The position numbers and the translations under genes were made by a program. The notes under the pieces are model-generated. The model made no database searches and was not told the DNA's origin. It was given only the letters and a program-made list of their open reading frames with translations. DNA of 59,548 nucleotides, counting the filler, from Catajapyx aquilonaris (Eukaryota), in assembly GCA_000934665.2 (NCBI GenBank). It is 3 parts of 3 records of this genome, joined end to end, with 100 filler letters (N's around TTAATTAATTAA, not from the genome) between each part and the next. Parts side by side here need not be neighbours in the genome. Positions count along the whole stretch, not along the records: positions 19,882 to 39,805 come from JYFJ02006425.1; 2 more parts are not named here. The stretch is one strand, 5' to 3'. Positions 23,501 through 36,000 of the stretch are shown in pieces. The first letter of the stretch is position 1; every line of letters starts with the position of its first letter.

Positions 23501-24201
23501 CAGATTCTGAAAATGAACAACTCCCACAGCACACATATTTCCGAATCTTCTCACTACTCGGGCCTCAACAATATTAACTTATTAACAACTAGCAGGTCAC
23601 CCTCGAGGTCACCTCACGTGACTTCGTATGGTATAAGTGGTCATTCCGGGATTTTGTGGGATTTGAAAGTAGACTCTAGACAAAAATAAATCCAATAAAA
23701 TAATACAGTATTTACAAGTATGTATTTTTGTTTACCCCGTGATAGGGCTCGAGGCCCTCTTAGGGGGGGAAGAGGGGGGGGGGGAAGTTCCCAAGGGAGG
23801 GCGAATTTACAAATATTACTGTGTGTTGAAAACAAAATTTCCCACCATGAATCTGTACGTACATTTCTAAAGTTCTTCAGAGCAAACATATGGAACGAGG
23901 TGGGGGTGTGAAGTGGGGTTGGGGGGTCAAGGGGTCAAAAAATGCAGGGGAAAAAACACATGGCTGTGCAGTCTTTTCCTGGGCCAACTCCATCCGCATT
24001 CCTCTTTTTACACATCCAATCAGAATATCTTTGTGGACTATACGCTATAAGACAAGCAGGTAATCGGTCACAGATAGTGACAAACTTTGCCTTATTGTAA
24101 CTTATAAGGCCTATTTTAAGACATATCGAGTTTCGAGTGTATATGGAAGAGAAATTTTTACAAACACATTTCCTCAAATACTGTATATGTAGAGTACCCC
24201 T

Positions 24202-24630
24202 ACCTTTACCAGCACGACCCCGACATACCAGCGGGTATGTTGGGGTGCTGGTAAAGGTTTATTTATTTACGATTTATTTATTTATATACCATTTATTTAT
24301 TTATGTACGATTTATTTATTTATATACCATTTATTTATTTATATACGATTTATTTATTTATATACGATTTATTTATTTATTTATTTATTTACGACTAGCA
24401 AGTTACCCGGCGCGCCGGGTAACCTGCTAGTTGTAAATAAATAAATGAATAAATCGTAAATAAATAAATAAACCGTAAATAGATTGTATACATACAGTAT
24501 ATAAATAGATTGTGCATATATAAATAGATTGTACATAATTATATAAATAAATGGTAAATAGATAGATAAGTAAATAAATCGTACATAGATAGATACCGGT
24601 AGTTAAATAAATCATAAATAAATAAATCAT
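24202..24630. repeat. GC-rich hairpins embedded in inverted (TTTA)n-type arrays, Helitron-like ends
   Basis: Hairpin 24202-24258 and palindrome actagcaagttacccggcgcgccgggtaacctgctagt (24394-24431). Flanked by TTTA-rich repeats on the left and TAAA-rich repeats on the right. Confidence 0.6.
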
Positions 24631-25581
24631 ATTTGAGCTACAAATAGGAGTGAAAGACATTGGTTATGTAGAGCAATTCAGTGATTCATATTGGCAAGAG
24701 CTAATTAGCTCTTGATATTGGTTGCTGGCTGTCACTGCGCAAAGTTCTGTCGGTTCTGCGCGCCACCATTTGATAATAAAATAAAGTTTGGCGCCTGGCA
24801 TATTGTTGAACCAGTCTTGACCACAAGATCGTTATGGAGCACCGGAAGAGTGTTTACAGCGAGTCCTTGCTGGCATTGCATTATCCAAAAATGCTGTCAT
24901 TACTCAGAATCCAACCGACATTACGTTGTACAATACGTTCGTATTCCAAGCAATATTTTTAAAAATCCACATTTCCAAAACTGGTCAACAAGGCACAATC
25001 AGTCCAGCACGCGGACTTCATCTTCGATTTCTATAGAGTTTACGTGCACATGGACAAAAAGTGTCTAGAAGCATTAATTTGACAAGTTCCGCTAGTCACC
25101 ATCTTTTCATCTCGAAATCTACGAAAAAAAAAGTGGGGGGGGGGGNGGGGGGGGGGCAGTATAGTAGGAACCTTTCAATGGAACCGGACATAAATCTCTC
25201 GGACATGTTGTACATTTGATATTTATGTATGTAGTCATGCAAGGGGGATTAGGGCATTGATACAGATCCCCCATCCGCTCACAGGAGTAGCACATTCCAG
25301 TCTATTCCGAAAGGGCCTGACGTCCTTTGTGAAGATGATCAGTGGTTATTTGTTAAAGTCGAGTGGATGTGTCCAGACGGCTTCCGCACACCGGAAAGTA
25401 GGACTAGAGCCGGCAGCATCTTGAGGGAATTTCTGGCGATTCTGCAAAGTCAAATTGATCGAGGGCATTGAAAGTTGTTTTCGGGGTGGCTGTAGCCCTT
25501 TTCTATGTCGTTCTTTTGAAGGAGGGGGGTGGGGGAGGGAGCAGCTTCGAAGATTTTTTTTTCACTCTTCTTCGTTCGTTC

Positions 25582-25618
25582 CTTCTTCTTCTTCTTCTTC
25601 TTCTTCTTCTTCTTCTTC
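25582..25618. repeat. (CTT)n microsatellite
   Basis: Perfect trinucleotide run. Confidence 0.9.
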
Positions 25619-28600
25619 TCCCCTCCTCTCCCTCGTTTTTCGTCTCCTTTTCACGAAGGCTGCGACTTTTTTAAGTGTTTCGGATGTTTCAGGCTTTCAG
25701 TCGGGCTTTGGAAGCGGAGTGAATACTGCTAAATTGTGGTCACAATAGTGTCTTTGAAAGTGGTGGTGAATAGCGTTAATTTTCACTGGAATATGAAAAT
25801 GTCAGAAAATTGTTCCCCGTCACTGGCTACAGGGAGGGTTTCCGCGTCTTCAAACCTTGTTGGAGCTATTCACCAACGTGCAGTGGGATAAACAAACTTT
25901 TCCAAAGGCTATGCAAACTACGGGCCCCCTAGCAGACAGTTCAAGTCAAAGCATCTGTCTGTTCGCTACAAGCCTATGTTTGTGCCCAGCCTTGCATCAT
26001 AATTTGGTGCAGCCAGCCTCCGGACTTGGAACTGTCCCTATAGTTGGAATATGATGTATCGGGCAAGGGTCACCATAGGTCTTGAATATTAAATATTGTG
26101 ATGATGACTTGTTTGTTTTTTATTCTATCTGTAAGCTGGGTAGCAGTTGGGAAGTATGTCGAATTTTTTTCCACGTTCGTGACATTGCCCTGGGGTTGAA
26201 CGATGTCAGCTCGAGCGTGAGCATATGCAAATCCTGATACAGTAAAATATTTCCGGTACTAATTTGAGCAAACGGGCAAAAACCAGGTTCATTATCTGTC
26301 GTACAGTATCACTTTATAATTGACGCTAGATCTATTAATAAAACCTGGTGTCCTCATACTTCACGCGGGGCATTTATACTTCATTGTGCTTATTGCAAAT
26401 CGTGATTCTGTATCTCGGAAGGAATTCATCTCATTGTGTCGAGCTGGTCGGCGTTCACTAGAATTACAAGTTCCTGTCGGCTGTTTCGACGCTAATGATA
26501 CAACGAAGAAAAGACTCCTACAGTCCTCGCCTGTTATTATTTTTGCCCTTATAAATGCCTTCGGGCAAGGGAACAATGCAACCTGCAATATAATGGAAGG
26601 CTCTTTGTTTGTTTGTTCCCCTTCCTTTTGTAGGGAAGGCCTTTTGCCAGGAACCCCAATTCAAACCCGAGGATTGTCGGTGACTTTCCCTTTTACTTGA
26701 AATACCAAGTCAGTTCGGCTGGGGAGAGGAAAATGGACTCCTAATGCTATTCGTATGAAGAGGCTATTCGGTTACGAGCCTTCAAAAATGTATTCATTGT
26801 CAGAGGACAGAAAGTGCTCTTTACATTCAGTCGACCCAACAGTGTGGCCTCCTGTTCAGAAAATATAATGGGTCTGTCAACTTTCGTACAGGTTATAACC
26901 TGTACGAAAGTTGACAGAGCATCTTTTTATATAGTCGTATTGGCAGAAAACTGATTGGCTGAACTTAGGAGCACCGATTGTCGGTGCTCCTAAGTTCAGC
27001 CAAATTTAATAGTGTCTTTTTTGCTCCGATCGGTGCAGTACCTAGCGCGTATATACCAAGAAGGCATTTGTAGTACTGCCCCTCCCTGTCCAATTTCATT
27101 GTCACCCTGCATTGTTGCGTCCCTCGGGCATTGAAATCTCCCACTCAATTATCACCCTGCCAGGTCACATACGAAATACCATACTATGAACGGGTATATA
27201 ACACAGTCCAACGTACCGATGCAGTGGGATACGACGGCTGGTATTTTTGCACATCGGTTTTCTCATTACTCTTTGAACAGCCCTCGATGGCGTATGGACC
27301 CCCTAGAAAAAAGGGGGGTATGGCGTGGATGACGAGGGATCCAATGGATAAAAATTAATCGTGCAGGCGGCTCCAGGAAGATCCGCCACCACAACCTGCA
27401 AGAGACCTTTTTAGCCCTATTCAATAGTCGCTCAGATAAGAGCTCAACTTCGATTTTTTTTTAAAGTGCAATAAATCCAGTTGGCACTCTCCAAACAAAA
27501 CGTGACACTTGGTGACTCAGTGGCCATCTAAAGTTATAATATCAGTCTAATGATAGTATTATCAATTGTAAGCAACAATGCATAGAAGCCATAAAGCTGT
27601 AGTTCTACGGACCCGAAGGGGGAGGTATTGTTAGCCTCCATCGTATGAACCCGCCTAGGGCCGTCAATGGCTTGGTATTATGCGACCTGTCAATGGTAGC
27701 CTTTGTGCAGCGTGACATCCTTATTCGAAGCTGTCATCCCGCTCTGCCGGGGAAATATCATTACTCACGTCGACTTTTGTTCGTCTGTTTGCTTTCGGGA
27801 GATGCTTCCTGGGTGCTTGCCTTACTGCCTTTGCCTGAATTTATTTATTCTTTCTTTTTCTTCAGAGGGTGGGTAGAAGCTGTTGGTGCATTATATAGGA
27901 GGTGGAAAAACCATTTTGGAAGAGGGGGGTTGGAGGGATACACTACATTGTACGACGCCCTTGCTATCTTTATGGTTCACGGCTCATTTCGTGGGGAGTA
28001 GCTGCAGTAAGCCAGAGGCGTTGCGAGAGCTTCTGTTAATGATTTTCAATACGGCAGAATAACGCTGGCCGGTTCCGTCTAAAGGACCCACCGTGGCGTG
28101 AAAGGCAATAATGCACTTCAGAGCCAGTTCCTTTCAGCGCGTTACACATGGCGAGGCGCCGGTGGAATATGTAGCACTTGACACCACCACCAGCTCCGCA
28201 CGTTCCAACGGAGAGAGACCCTAGTAGTCTGATGCTCGACATTGCTCGTGCACCAGCTTGGAAGAAAAAGGTTCTTTTTTTGTGTGTGTTTTTGTGTGTT
28301 TTTTGGTTTTTTTTGATAGGGAAGGGTGGGGGGGTATTGTGACGACCGGTGACGACCGTGGCGTAATTTAAATTTTTAAACGTAGCGTAATGAAAAAATC
28401 AGGGGAGTTATGGTCAAACTGCCATTTTTGTGGTCCCCTTCAATGTACTAAATGGATTGGAGAGTGGATACTGGACTTCAGAATGTGCCAAATTAACCGT
28501 GGTGGAACCAGCGGAACAAAGCAAATAATTTACTCGTTCTGTTTCATAAATTTGATAAGCCGACCGGGAGAGTATCTGGAGCACTTAATCTATGATTTAT

Positions 28601-29344
28601 TGGGCAAGAGAATTGCCATGATCACAGAACTGGACACAGAGATAGCATTCATCAGTGTCACGGACAAAGCCATTAGCATTCCACAGTTTGTTGCGTTTGT
28701 GATTTGTTTAGCGGCGTTGTTGGTCCAATGGTTGTTGTGGAAATCACAGACAACATTGGAAATGATTCTACAAGGAAACTAGGTGTGTTAACAAGCCGCA
28801 GCTGCAAAGGTACGACGTTCTGACAAATGGTTTTCCGTTTGGTCCTCATTTATCTTCTCTTTGAGTAGGGTTATGTCAGGTAAAGTTCCGCCGTACATCT
28901 GCTGACATTTTACAAAAGTCTATACAATCAGTGGGCGTCTGCTAATGTTGCATATAACACACGATGCATATCAATGCAGAGTGGAAATGACTCTGACATG
29001 AACCTGAGTTTTTTGTGCTTAATGGCCACGCTTTCTGCGGATGGTCCGACGAGAGAAACAATAGTTCCTCGATTGAGTCTGGCTCTAATTTGACACGCGA
29101 CAGACGTAGCATGTACCTTTTGCTTCGCTTGTCACACGGGAAGAGGCGGCTGCCCGGGGGATTCATTCCGTTTGCCAGCTGCCTCCGCCCCATAAATCTA
29201 TAAACTACCCGGGGGTCATATGGGTGGGTTTTAAACCGAGCGTTTCCTGCGCATTGTGTCTGATCCCACGGACGATTCTAAGCATATTTCTGGACTTGTT
29301 TGGCCAGCAAATTTGAAATAATTAGCCTACGTTCTAACCCACTG

Positions 29345-29632
29345 TCGGACTACTGAGAGTGCTGATAGAACGGCTCTGTCCATCCGTCTGTCTGTGGACA
29401 GGTATCAGGGCCTAAACCGCAAGAGATAGCGACAAACAGTTTTCAGATTCCTGGTTCATTTCCCCTATAATAATAGCCTTGTTTTTTGCCTCTGGAACGC
29501 TCCGGAAGGAGAAGGGTCCCTGGTGAGTGCTGCCACCTACTGATCGCGGCGGAAAGATGGGAGGGCCCCGAGTGAGTGGTGCCACCTTCTCATCACGGCA
29601 CTAAATTATGCCACTGCTACGGGTGCGCTAGT
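29345..29632 (+). mobile_element. Non-autonomous Helitron/HINE-like element
   Basis: (GTCY)n microsatellite near the 5' end and a 3' GCTAGT. The core atagaacggc...ggcctaaaccgcaagagatagcgacaaacagttttc is shared in reverse orientation with ~55740-55820. Confidence 0.55.
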
Positions 29633-30621
29633 TTAACAACATTTTGGTTAATTAACAACTGATTCCATAACATGGTATGGCACGTGCTTGGTGTGAAATT
29701 GGTATGTCATGGCACATCCTGTTGAGGTCACACAGTAATTGAAAAGGGATGGTTTGGCATTTTGGTGGCCATCTATCCTAGTTTTTACCATTAGAAACCC
29801 CCCTCCGCCCCTTGCATTTTCCTGCCCCTTGCTTCCTTCCTTATTCCCTGCTTTTGTGGGATAAGCGTGCGAGGCTGCAGGCTAACACACAGGCTGCCAG
29901 ACAATGCAGGACGATCTTTCCTCTGGAAACTCGCCTCATTCAAGAGATTCATGCAAAAATATTCGCGAACAAAAGAGCTTGCCTTCAATGGTGCTCTTGG
30001 CATTTTCCAAGCTTGAATCAAATTTCTGACGATGTTCACTATATTTTTTTTGGAATGTATCACTACGAAGCGATCGGATTTTGAGTACAGATGGAGCTTG
30101 ACCCGTGCCCATTGGGGCTTTAGGCCTCCCTAGAAGTTTCCACGATTACTTCTCGGCTAACCTTCAATGGCTCCTCTCACGGTTGATAGAGGCACAGAGG
30201 CTGCAGAAAAGAACGGGGAATCACGCTGCCAGCCCGGGAAGAAAAGGCCCCGTCGCCACGCTTCATCATGGTATAGTTCTCAGGACAATAGGACCGCGTT
30301 TTTTCCATCCCCCCCACCCCCTCCTTCCCCCCTTCCTCCCCAGCCTCCCCTTTCTGCCATGTTTGCTCCCGCTTTTATGATTCTCAAATGGAGACACAAT
30401 TCTTTATGATTTTCTGACAGAAAAGTAATGCCACAAAGTTGGGAGACAATTCGGTGGGGGGCCCCTCTTTTAATGCTGTAGAAAAGAGCAGCCTGAATAG
30501 GACCGGGGGGGTGGGGGGTAGAGGTTCAGAGAACCCTCCTTCGGCTTTCTCTGATGGTAAGACCTGCGAGAGGCTCCCGGATAAAATTTCGTCACTTTTG
30601 GCTTTTCAATCGGTCGAGTCC

Positions 30622-30876
30622 GGCGGTATTGTGAAGATAGCGCCGCAAACCCTAGACGTGGGCCCTAACGCCGCGAACGCCCTAACGCGAACGCCCTAAC
30701 GCCCTAACGCCCTGACGTCCTAACGCCCTGACGTCCTAACGCCCTGACGTCCTAATGCCCTGACGTCCCAACGCCCTGACGTCCTAACGCCCTGACGCCC
30801 ACTGCCGCCCTAACGCCACTCCCGCCCTAACGCCACTGCCCTCTAGGGTTTGTGGCGCTATCTTCACAATGGCGCC
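30622..30876. mobile_element. TIR element filled with an 8-bp minisatellite
   Basis: ~35-bp TIRs (attgtgaagatagcgccgcaaaccctaga / tctagggtttgtggcgctatcttcacaat) enclosing tandem CCCTAACG/CCCTGACG/TCCTAACG units. Confidence 0.75.
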
Positions 30877-32808
30877 TAGATGGTCTAGGTGTGGCTCTTG
30901 GAGTCGTGAAACGGCCTCGTCAGAAGGAGTCAGTTTGACTTTCCTTTGCAGATTGAGTAGAGCGTGTAATCTGCCTTTGATGGCGCATCCTGTATTTGTG
31001 AATAATTGAGGCGCACGTGCCTACCAGTTCCATGCCTACACGCAAGGGGATGCTCATTTATTGCCCGCAAATAGAGCGTCGTCGGAGAAGTCGTCGTGTG
31101 TTCTGAACTCCGATGGGTAGGGGTTGGGCTGGCACGACGACGGAAGGACGTGACGGGATTTTGGAGACGGGATGGAGCTTTGAAGTTGTATGGATGCACA
31201 GTAGGGATGGGCGGGTTAAAGGGATGCTTAGTACTCATGGACCGACCAAAAGACGGAGGAGCACTGTCTACATCCAGGGAATTTGCGGATATCCAGACCG
31301 CAGCATACCCACCGCCTCCTATTATTATATGCCCATTGTTGGGCTGGGAATAGGAATCTTGGTTGAACAAGTGCAGATGAATTGGCACCATTGGGGAAAG
31401 CGCCAAGTCCATGAATGAACTTTGGTAATCGGCTTCATGACCTTTTTTAAAATCCAAAAAAATTAGGATTAAGTAAGCGTTCAAAAAAAATTATGAACAA
31501 TGAGTAGCTGGCTACCAGTCTGACATTTGATAGAGCGTTTTTTTTAAAAAAAAACGTGGGGTGGCGCAATTGGCACCGAGCTCAGCACCTTCCCCATTTG
31601 CCATGGCTAACGAGCTTCAGAGTTTGCTTTTCAACTCGGTCAGCTCTCATTCCATAATGAAATATGCACACTACTTTGCACCCAAAATGAAGGAGGTCAT
31701 GTCTGAATGCTTCTCCAACATTTTTTTGGAGGGATGGGGTGGCGTTTTCATATATCAAGCGCTTCCATCATACTATCCCTCCTTTCTATGGGTAATATAA
31801 AGGCTGTCGTGTAATTACCACTACGTACATATGGAAGGTCCACCCTCATTCATCACTTGCCACGTTCCATGTTTACCCAACTTATATTTCTGGCATTTAG
31901 AACCACCCTTCGCGTGGGGGGGTTGTTCTGCATGGAAAGTTGTCACTTTTGTTGCAACGTCACTCAAAGTCTCACACCTACTTCCTTATGGGGCGTGTGA
32001 TAATTTCTGGCTTCCTTTAGGGAGGGTACGTCATTGATGGTGCATTATACTGGCTTTTTCTATCAGGCACCTGCGTGTGATGGTCATACACCATATCATG
32101 AATGATTATTCAATAATCATTCTGAGCCTTCATGATATGGTGAGTAATGTTGAATCTTACTCAAATATTTTTTCAGCAAAGAATAAACAATAGTGATGGC
32201 GCAATATGGATCATGAGGGTAGTCTAACTGGAAGCATCTACTTAAGGAGTTTGAAGTCTTGTACACCATTGGCGAGAGCCGCAGAAAACGTCTCTTAAAG
32301 TTTTTATGGGCGTATTTAGCGAGTTATGTTTAAACTTTAACGGCTTGCTGTAGATTACACGAGAGCAGCTTTGATGTTATTTTTTGTCATTTGCATGATA
32401 ATATTAAGTCTGAGTTTCAACTGCTGCTATAGGAATGGTCCTGTGTTAAATAATGACATGTGGCACTCGACTGGAGTGGGACCGTTCAAATTGGCACTTT
32501 CATCGGGTATATACAGTAGGAACTCTGGGAATGGATTGAATGAGTCGATCCCCCTGCAAATAAAGCTACACAGGACCGCTTGGCTAGCGGACTGTTAGGA
32601 TAAAAGGCAGTGTCAGACGCGTCCTGTGCAAGCATGTTGCCATTACTTTAAGTCTTCACTATTGGGTAATTGAACCGGCATGGCTCTGACCTATACAACC
32701 TGTATTAGTACTGGGTGACTGACCCTTTTACTGCTGCGATTTCAAATATCAATTTTTACTTGCTAACATTTTAAAAATATATAAGCGGTCATGTATACTA
32801 TAATATTC

Positions 32809-33086
32809 ATGTACCGACTTGGAGGTGGTACAATATTTTGTGATCAACAAAAACATCGCCCACTGTGCTTACCACCACCTATAAGGTAACAAATTGGCGC
32901 CCAACGTGGGGACAACAGGCATGGCGGGCAGTACAGAGCTTTCATCACGTGACAACATTGTTCAGATGTACTGACTTGAAAATAGTACATCACAATGTAC
33001 CGATTAATGTACTGACTTGGACGTCAAATACCTTACCTTGCAGACGGTATTTGTTGATCACAAGTACCACCTCCAAGTCGGTACAT
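32809..33086. mobile_element. MITE-like element with inverted termini
   Basis: atgtaccgacttggaggtggtac...tgtgatcaacaaa versus tttgttgatcacaagtaccacctccaagtcggtacat. A related half copy lies at ~39277-39372. Confidence 0.65.
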
Positions 33087-36000
33087 TATTTACACTGTAA
33101 ATATATGTTCCACTGCCTTGTTTGACACACGCCATATATACCCCAGCAGCATCCTTTATGCCTTTGAAAATGTGCCTCTATAATCTTTAACCATTGTGAA
33201 GTAAAATAGTAGGCCCGCCTGAGTATTGTAAACAAGCAAGTCCAGTCCGTGCACATTCATTAAACGTTCTTTGTTGTTGGAGGAAGGGCCTTGATAATAG
33301 GCAAAGGAGAAGCATTGAAGCAGGATTTCTAGATTCGGGGAGAAAAGGTGGTATTCTGCTGCCGTATTCTATGCTCTTCTGGAAAACAAGCTATAGTCTA
33401 GACGACGTAATTCAGGCGCAAGGTTTATGGGGGGCCTACTCCACTGTATACACGTCGGTTCATTTTTGGTTGGCAGATCCACAACTTGCTTGCTGCTTCC
33501 AACAAATGTATTTTAGCATTCGGGGAGAAATCAGAAGGAGCCCCCCCCCTCTTGTGTATATATGTCGAGAGAGCTGAAAGGGAGATTTGCGAATGGTACC
33601 GGAAAGCTGTGGCATCATCGTCAATGCCTGTCCTTTGTGCCTATTCGTAAGGAGCAAGGAAATTATCGTTTTGGGGGTAGAAAGTTTCCTTTCTGTAGAC
33701 GAAACGCGCTTCCTTTCGGAGCATGTTTACGTCGTATCGAAAGCAGAAAATGAAAAATAAAAATCACAGGTGCACATATTCAGACTTATAGGTCAAAAGG
33801 TGTTTGTTGTGAGGTGCTGTTTGAATATTTTTGAATTGGAAACGATCCCCCCCAATTATGTTCAGACATATTCTTTAGAGGAGAGCGCGAGCGTAACCGA
33901 CTCAGATGGACCTTTTCCTGCTGAGGGAGGGAAACGCACACAATAGCCAACCCCGTACCGTACCACCAACTCTGAATAGCAACCCCCAGTTTTGTCTTAG
34001 GACCAGGCTAGGGGGAAGGAAAAAAGGAGGTGGGGGGAACCAGGGGAGGATGACGACTTTATTATGAATAGTTTAATGACGGTGTTCCTCCTCCCCCTAC
34101 CCCCCACTTATAACGATCTGGGAGGGCAGAAGCCAAAGGACATTTATGATGACATGGGGACTTTCGATGTACCGGGTACATCGAAAGTCCCCATGTATTC
34201 TGGTGCACTGTAAATCATATGATTTACAGTGCACCAGAATACTTTTTGTTTGGACAGGACATTGTGTATGTGTCCTGATAATATTGTCGTGGTTGTAACG
34301 AGGAATTATGAATACCAATTCCTAGAAGTGGTTACTCCACTGCTAATGGGAATTACCATCCTGATTTGATTCATTTCCCGTTCGAGCACAAAAAGCTGAT
34401 CGGCCCATTTCAATACTTAGGCCTCCAGGCCACAAATACTCGAACAATATGCGATTCTTGAACCACTATTAAGTATTCATATCACGAACTCTGGTCCATC
34501 ATAAAAGGTACAAAGGTAGCATGAAAATATATGATGAACGTTCTAATTATCTTTCCCTGTACGTCTGACAATCAGCCGATAGCAAACATTTCCGGGATCT
34601 ATATATATTTCCATATGCTGCATTCTATAGCCTTGCCCTGTCATCACCGAGGGCTCCTCTTTCTCCCCAAAATCCATCCCCCGCACATTGGGTAAGGGAA
34701 AAGCTTACAACCCCCAAGTAAAAACCTTTTGTGAATGTGCATATTTAATACAAGGGAAGGGCAGATCCCAGCCCCCTAATGGGGCCGTTCTTTCTTCTGC
34801 AGATGAATAGAATTTCTGCTACATCAGACTCGAACTATACTGATGATTTCTTTTGAGCGCTAAAAGTTTCTGATTTAGAGCACGTTCTTTTGCGATGCGG
34901 CGGCAGATTTGCATATAATGGAAGGACTTGGGAGGAGACAAAAAGGCACTCCCACAGACTTTCATTGCTGCTCTCCCCCAGCTTCCTAGCAGAGTCCTTG
35001 TATAATGTAGCTGGAAGGATCAGGGCTGACGGTCAATCACTATGCAAAAATTGCTTAAATCATGCAGATTTAATGCGCATGCTCAAAAGACACTCTTATG
35101 TAAGTTACACCTTGATATATGCAACTATTAATTATAATTATGCTCAAATTTCGATGTGATCAATGTACATTGCTGATGACACAGTTTTGTGCTGCGCTGT
35201 ATTATTGCGCACGAATTGGCGGCCAAATCAAAAGCCTACAGTGGAACAATAGCGCAATAACAATAGTATATTAACTGACTAATGGTACAATACAATATTA
35301 CATAATATCAAACTATTGTTGAATGCATATGGAATTATTCCACCATCAAACACCCAAGGTTATATACATACCATGCACGTTTTGAAAAACTCTCTAAATC
35401 AAGGGGGGGGGGGGGGGAAAGAGTAACTTGTAGTGACCTTCCGATTCCACAAAAAAAGCCGCCCAATGTGATTTGTCGGGTGGAAACACAAAATGTGGGT
35501 GGGGCGCAACCGAAACCTTTTCTTCGATCAGAATGGTAGGGGGGGTTAAAACCTCCCCATGTCCGAAGGGCACAAAAAGGCTGCCGTGATTTGCTACTCT
35601 TTAATGTCCGGGCCAAGTGGCAAGCGCCTTTTCTGTATAGCAATGTGACAATAGGCCTAATCTAGGACCGAGTTCGATAACGTCACTGGTCAACCTTATA
35701 TCCTCCTTGTCAATAGAATGTAACTCAACCGGAGCTAGAAGTTTTCTGGCAAGATTGGTATGTTTTTTATACTAAAGTCGGCACATGCGTAATGGCTTAC
35801 GATAAGACCTTTTGTCTCCTATTTATGCAACGGCGTCGTTGTTCTTTTGTAACGATTATCTGCATAAATCCGATAGAAACCCCTTTTCAAGGAGACAAAC
35901 TATATTACTGCATTTATCTGCCTTTTCAAAAGGGAGTAGGTCAGAAAAGAAGATAGGACCGGTGGAGAGGGTTTCCATTTGATTATGAACAATGCAAGCT

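Noticed and set aside
28430..28445. Partial matches to conserved miRNAs (miR-133-like here, miR-263-like at ~52382, miR-71-like at 24651)
   Set aside because: Only 10-13 nt match and no surrounding precursor hairpin is evident.
30930..31484. 184-aa minus-strand ORF
   Set aside because: Low-complexity Pro/Ser/Thr sequence, non-ATG start, no recognisable homology.
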